Shown piece after piece: positions 60,106-64,000 of a stretch of 64,000 bases of DNA. Location: contig DAHWNL010000036.1 in assembly GCA_027339965.1 (NCBI GenBank), positions 1-64,000 of the forward strand, read 5' to 3'. The notes under the pieces are model-generated. The model did no database searches, was not told the DNA's origin, and worked only from the letters and a program-made list of their open reading frames with translations. How positions within the stretch are numbered: the stretch's first letter is position 1; each line of letters opens with the position of its first letter. A program made the translations under genes and the position numbers. The stretch comes from Granulicella sp. (lineage in GTDB: Bacteria; Acidobacteriota; Terriglobia; Terriglobales; Acidobacteriaceae).

Positions 60106-60486
60106 ATGGCCACCATCCCATCCGTTCCGGAAGTCGTCAGCGCACCCGCCGCTGCCTCAACCCCGATCGTGCTTACGCCGGCGGCTGTCGCCAAGGTGAA
60201 GGAGATCATGGCAACGCAGGATCCGGTGCCGGCAGGGCTGCGGATCGGTGTGGCTGGGGGCGGATGCTCCGGGTTTCAGTATTCCATGTCCTTTGAGAAC
60301 TCGGCTGGGATGATGGACAAGATCATGCACTTTGACGATCTCAAGGTCTTTGTCGACGCCACCAGCGCCATGTATCTGAGCGGTTGTACGGTGGATTATG
60401 TTGAGACCCTGGAGGCGGCCGGATTCAAGTTTGAGAATCCTCAGGTGAAGTCCACCTGTGGTTGCGGTTCCAGCTTCAGCGTTTGA
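60106..60486 (+). CDS. HesB/IscA/ErpA A-type Fe-S carrier
   Basis: GGGCSGFQY, CGCGSSF; AAGGAG RBS. Confidence 0.95.
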   Translation: MATIPSVPEVVSAPAAASTPIVLTPAAVAKVKEIMATQDPVPAGLRIGVAGGGCSGFQYSMSFENSAGMMDKIMHFDDLKVFVDATSAMYLSGCTVDYVETLEAAGFKFENPQVKSTCGCGSSFSV

Positions 60487-60659
60487 GGATTTGAGGGGCG
60501 GATGGAGATTAGGCTGATGAGCCCCCGAATCCAGCCGGCACGTGTCTGGGCACGTGTCTGTCGGTTGGTACTCCAGCCGTCGAGCTGAGCGGTGGGGTAG
60601 CGTTTTTGAAAGCTCGACATGGAGATCCAAAGACCGTCCTGAAAGACGAGCAGTGCTCT

Positions 60660-60695
60660 TGGCAAGGCCCCGTTGAAACCGGCGGGGCCTTGCCA
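60660..60695. terminator. strong GC hairpin (possible terminator)
   Basis: TGGCAAGGCCCCG...CGGGGCCTTGCCA 13-bp stem; only a weak T-tract. Confidence 0.4.
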
Positions 60696-60713
60696 CATTT
60701 GATCGCGGGATAT

Positions 60714-60827
60714 ACAGCGTTTTCAGTGTTGATGGGTACACCGGACGGGGCGTGCAGTGGCGTTTTCATCGGGGAAAATGCCCATGGAGGTCGAGGCGTC
60801 GCGTTACACCTGCACTGAAAACGCTTT
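60714..60827 (-). mobile_element. MITE-like fold-back repeat, copy 3 (upstream of pilC)
   Basis: ACAGCGTTTTCAGTGT...GGCGTTTTCATCGGGGAAAATGCC...GCACTGAAAACGCTTT, with TA at both borders. Confidence 0.88.
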
Positions 60828-60906
60828 AGCGCGCCGACGAAGCAAATCCGGGCATGGAACGTCTAAGCTGGCAGAGAGCCCACCCTTGTAGCGCGGAATT
60901 GCCCGC

Positions 60907-62100
60907 ATGAATGAATTCATTGTAAAAATCGCTGACGAACGCGGCCGCGTGCAGGAGCAGACACACGCGGCGGCCACAGCCGCGGAGTTGCGCTCGCGGT
61001 TTACGCAGGCCGGATATCTGGTCTACTCGGTCAAGCCACGCTCCGCGTTGGGTCGCAGCGCGAAGAAAAAGATCAAGCTCGATACTTTTCTGATCTTCAA
61101 TCAGCAGTTTCTGACCCTGATTCGCGCCGGCCTGCCGATCTTGAGTTCCATCGATCTGCTGGCCAAGCGGCAGAAAGATCTCAGCTTCCGGGCGCAGTTG
61201 GAGGATGTGGGCGCCCGGGTGAAGACGGGCGAGTCGATCTCGGCCGCGTTTGAGGCTCAGGGGACGGTTCCGTTGATCTACACGACCACGCTCCTGGCCG
61301 GAGAGCGTTCGGGAAACCTGGAAGAGGTGTTGCAGCGGTACCTGGACTTCCAGCGGGTCTCGCTGACCTTCCGCAAGAAGCTGCGAGCGGCGCTGATCTA
61401 CCCAGCGTTTCTCATTGTGATGGTGACGGGGCTTTTCACCTTTCTGATTACCTTTGTGGTTCCGCGCTTTGCCGGGCTCTACGCCCAACTGGGGACCAAG
61501 CTGCCTGCGATGACCCTGTGGATGCTGGCGATTGGGCAGGATGCGCAGCATGATGGGCTGTACGCGGTGCCGGTGCTGGCGCTGCTGGCGTATCTTGTCA
61601 TGCGCTGGAGCCGCAGTGACCGGGGAGCGGACATGATTGACCGGGTACGCGTGAAGACCCCGATCCTGGGCTCGGTCTGGCTGAAGTATCAGGTAGGGCT
61701 CTTCTCGCGAACCTTGGCGACGTTGCTGACCGGAGGTTTGCCGCTGGTGCCGAGCCTGGAGACGGCGGCGCGCTCGATCGAGTCGAGGTCAATCTCCAAG
61801 GCGGTACGTTCTTCGGTGGAGACGGTGCGTGAGGGCAAGGGGCTGGCGATCAGCCTGGACCGGACCGGGGTCTTCCCCGAGTTATCCATCGAGATGATCG
61901 AGGTGGGAGAAAGCACAGGAGCGCTGCCGCAGATGCTGAACTCGGTGGCCGAGTTCTTTGAAGAGGACGTACAGACCTCGCTGGCGGCGATCATGAGCAT
62001 GATTGAGCCGCTGATTCTGATCGTGATGGGCGCGGTTGTGGTGACGGTGCTGATTGCGCTTTACCTGCCCATTCTGAGTTTGAACGGGGTCGGGGGCTAG
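60907..62100 (+). CDS. pilC: type IV pilus / T2SS platform protein PilC/GspF
   Basis: Two T2SSF repeats (AGLP..., GERSGNL; GESTGAL), ALIYP, IEP, ALYLP. Confidence 0.92.
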   Translation: MNEFIVKIADERGRVQEQTHAAATAAELRSRFTQAGYLVYSVKPRSALGRSAKKKIKLDTFLIFNQQFLTLIRAGLPILSSIDLLAKRQKDLSFRAQLEDVGARVKTGESISAAFEAQGTVPLIYTTTLLAGERSGNLEEVLQRYLDFQRVSLTFRKKLRAALIYPAFLIVMVTGLFTFLITFVVPRFAGLYAQLGTKLPAMTLWMLAIGQDAQHDGLYAVPVLALLAYLVMRWSRSDRGADMIDRVRVKTPILGSVWLKYQVGLFSRTLATLLTGGLPLVPSLETAARSIESRSISKAVRSSVETVREGKGLAISLDRTGVFPELSIEMIEVGESTGALPQMLNSVAEFFEEDVQTSLAAIMSMIEPLILIVMGAVVVTVLIALYLPILSLNGVGG

Positions 62101-62240
62101 GGCGGGCCCGGCGATTCCTTTTGCTTGCCGGGGGAACATCGCCGGCATGGGTTTTTGGCGAGAAGGTTTCGCGCGTATCGTTGAGGGCAATGAGAGCAAG
62201 AGGGCAATGAGGGCAAGAGTGTTGGTGAGGTCGAGGAGCC

Positions 62241-63878
62241 ATGGCAACTTCCATTCCAGTTGCAATTCCGTACAGCAATGAGCCGATGAACGAGGTGGAG
62301 CGAGCGCAGATGCTGGCTCGCCGCTATCACGCCGAGTTTGTGGATCTGAAGAACTTCAAGATTCAGGTGGAGTTGTTCAAGTCCGTGCCGGTGGACATGA
62401 TGTTTCGTTACAACTTTGTGCCGCTGGAGCAGAGCGAAGGTCGGCTGGCGATTGCCGTGGCCGATCCCTCCAAGCTGATGGTGATCGACGAGATCGCCGG
62501 TCTGCTGGGGGCGCGAATCGTCACTCGGGTGGCGACGCTGAGCCAGATCACGGATCTGCTGAAGAAAAACGAGCAGTCTCAGCGCGTGCTGGACGAGGCC
62601 AGCGAGGGGCTGGCTTTCGATGTGCTGTCCAACGAGGAGAACTCCGAGGAGAACATCTCGATTGAGAAGCTGACGGCCGATGATGATATCTCGCCGATCA
62701 TCCGCCTGGTGGATACGACGATCTTTACCGCGCTGGAGCGGCGCGCCTCGGATATCCATCTGGAAACCTATGACGACTCTCTGCTGGTGAAGTATCGCAT
62801 CGACGGCGTGCTGCAGCAGGCAATGGCGCCGATTGCGCGCGAGCACCACCAGACGATTTTGTCCCGCATCAAAGTCATGAGCGAGCTGGACATCGCCGAG
62901 CGCCGCGTGCCGCAGGACGGCCGCTTCCGGGTGCGTTACAAAGGGCGGCTGATCGACTTCCGGGTCAGCATCATGCCGACGGTGCATGGAGAGAACGCCG
63001 TGCTGCGCGTGCTGGATAAGGAGTCGATGAGCGAGAAGTTCACCAAGCTCTCGCTGGACGTGGTGGGCTTTGCGGAGAAGGATCTGGCCCGCTTTCGGCG
63101 CTACATCAAGGAGCCCTATGGGATGGTGCTGGTCACCGGACCCACCGGATCGGGCAAGACCACCACGCTCTACGCCGCGCTCAATGAGATCAAGAGCGAA
63201 GAGGACAAGATCATCACCATTGAGGATCCGGTGGAGTATCAGATTCGCGGCATCACGCAGATTCCAGTGAATGAGAAGAAGGGGCTCACCTTTGCCCGCG
63301 GGCTGCGCTCGATTCTGCGCCATGATCCGGACAAGATTCTGGTGGGCGAGATCCGCGATGCGGAGACGGCGCAGATTGCGATCAATTCGGCTCTTACCGG
63401 GCATCTGGTGTTTACCACGGTTCACGCCAACAACGTGGTGGATGTGCTGGGCCGCTTCCTGAACATGGGGGTTGAGCCGTACAACTTTGTCAGTGCGCTC
63501 AACTGCATTCTGGCGCAGCGGCTGGTGCGCCAGGTTTGTGAGTTCTGCGTGCGCGACGTGCATTACACGGACGCCGAACTGGAGCAGAACGGCCTGCGCC
63601 CGGAGGAGTGGCGGGATGTAACCTTCAAGGAAGGGCCGGGGTGCATCGAGTGTGGAGGAACCGGCTATCGAGGCCGATCGGCCATTCATGAGCTGCTGGA
63701 GCTGGACGATCAGATTCGCGAGATGCTGCTGGAGAAGCGTCCGGGCTCGGAGATTCGAAAGGCGGCCAAGGACAAGGGAATGTCCTTTTTGCGGGACTCC
63801 GCCTTGGAGCGGGTGCGGATGGGAATTACCACGCTGCGAGAGATTAACAAGGTAACCTTCATTGAGCAGGGCCGATAG
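62241..63878 (+). CDS. pilB: type IV pilus / T2SS assembly ATPase PilB/GspE
   Basis: ASDIH, PQDGR, GPTGSGKTT, TIEDPVE, LRHDPD, TGHLV, two CxxC motifs. Confidence 0.93.
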   Translation: MATSIPVAIPYSNEPMNEVERAQMLARRYHAEFVDLKNFKIQVELFKSVPVDMMFRYNFVPLEQSEGRLAIAVADPSKLMVIDEIAGLLGARIVTRVATLSQITDLLKKNEQSQRVLDEASEGLAFDVLSNEENSEENISIEKLTADDDISPIIRLVDTTIFTALERRASDIHLETYDDSLLVKYRIDGVLQQAMAPIAREHHQTILSRIKVMSELDIAERRVPQDGRFRVRYKGRLIDFRVSIMPTVHGENAVLRVLDKESMSEKFTKLSLDVVGFAEKDLARFRRYIKEPYGMVLVTGPTGSGKTTTLYAALNEIKSEEDKIITIEDPVEYQIRGITQIPVNEKKGLTFARGLRSILRHDPDKILVGEIRDAETAQIAINSALTGHLVFTTVHANNVVDVLGRFLNMGVEPYNFVSALNCILAQRLVRQVCEFCVRDVHYTDAELEQNGLRPEEWRDVTFKEGPGCIECGGTGYRGRSAIHELLELDDQIREMLLEKRPGSEIRKAAKDKGMSFLRDSALERVRMGITTLREINKVTFIEQGR

Positions 63879-64000
63879 CCCTCCGGCTGACGGTTGGAAT
63901 GGGGAAAGGGCGCGGAGGATCGAAGCAGAGGCCCTGCCAGGGAGCGAATAGCTCGCCCGGAGCGACCCGGGCGCGGTGTCTGGATCAGGAAACCGAGGCG

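Noticed and set aside
60714..60827. Fold-back repeat as an integron attC site
   Set aside because: No RYYYAAC/GTTRRRY boxes, no cassette array, no integrase; one copy interrupts a gene.

Overview
GC-rich bacterial chromosomal window. Gene content and protein style suggest Acidobacteriota (inference). The backbone is housekeeping: ypdA, ftsK, uppP, threonine dehydratase, VKOR, M3 peptidase, aroD-aroE fusion, pgeF, an ABC exporter, eda, cobB, pyrH, pyrG, yraN, an iscA/erpA-type gene, pilC and pilB. Accessory patches are: (i) a vapBC toxin-antitoxin pair next to a decayed IS3; (ii) a sulfatase islet with a probable TonB-dependent receptor relic and an internally deleted IS66 that retains both TIRs and an 8-bp TSD; (iii) a three-gene operon encoding a signal-peptide-bearing TPR-CHAT (caspase-like) protease, an ECF sigma factor and a single-pass anti-sigma-like protein, bordered by IS256/PadR debris. 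A ~113-bp fold-back repeat occurs four times. One copy sits inside the IS3 transposase, which shows it moves; it looks like an IS630-type MITE. Many genes have a TANNNT box 6-10 nt before the ATG, suggesting leaderless or short-leader mRNAs. No rRNA, tRNA or CRISPR array was seen. All calls come from motif recognition by eye; no searches were run.
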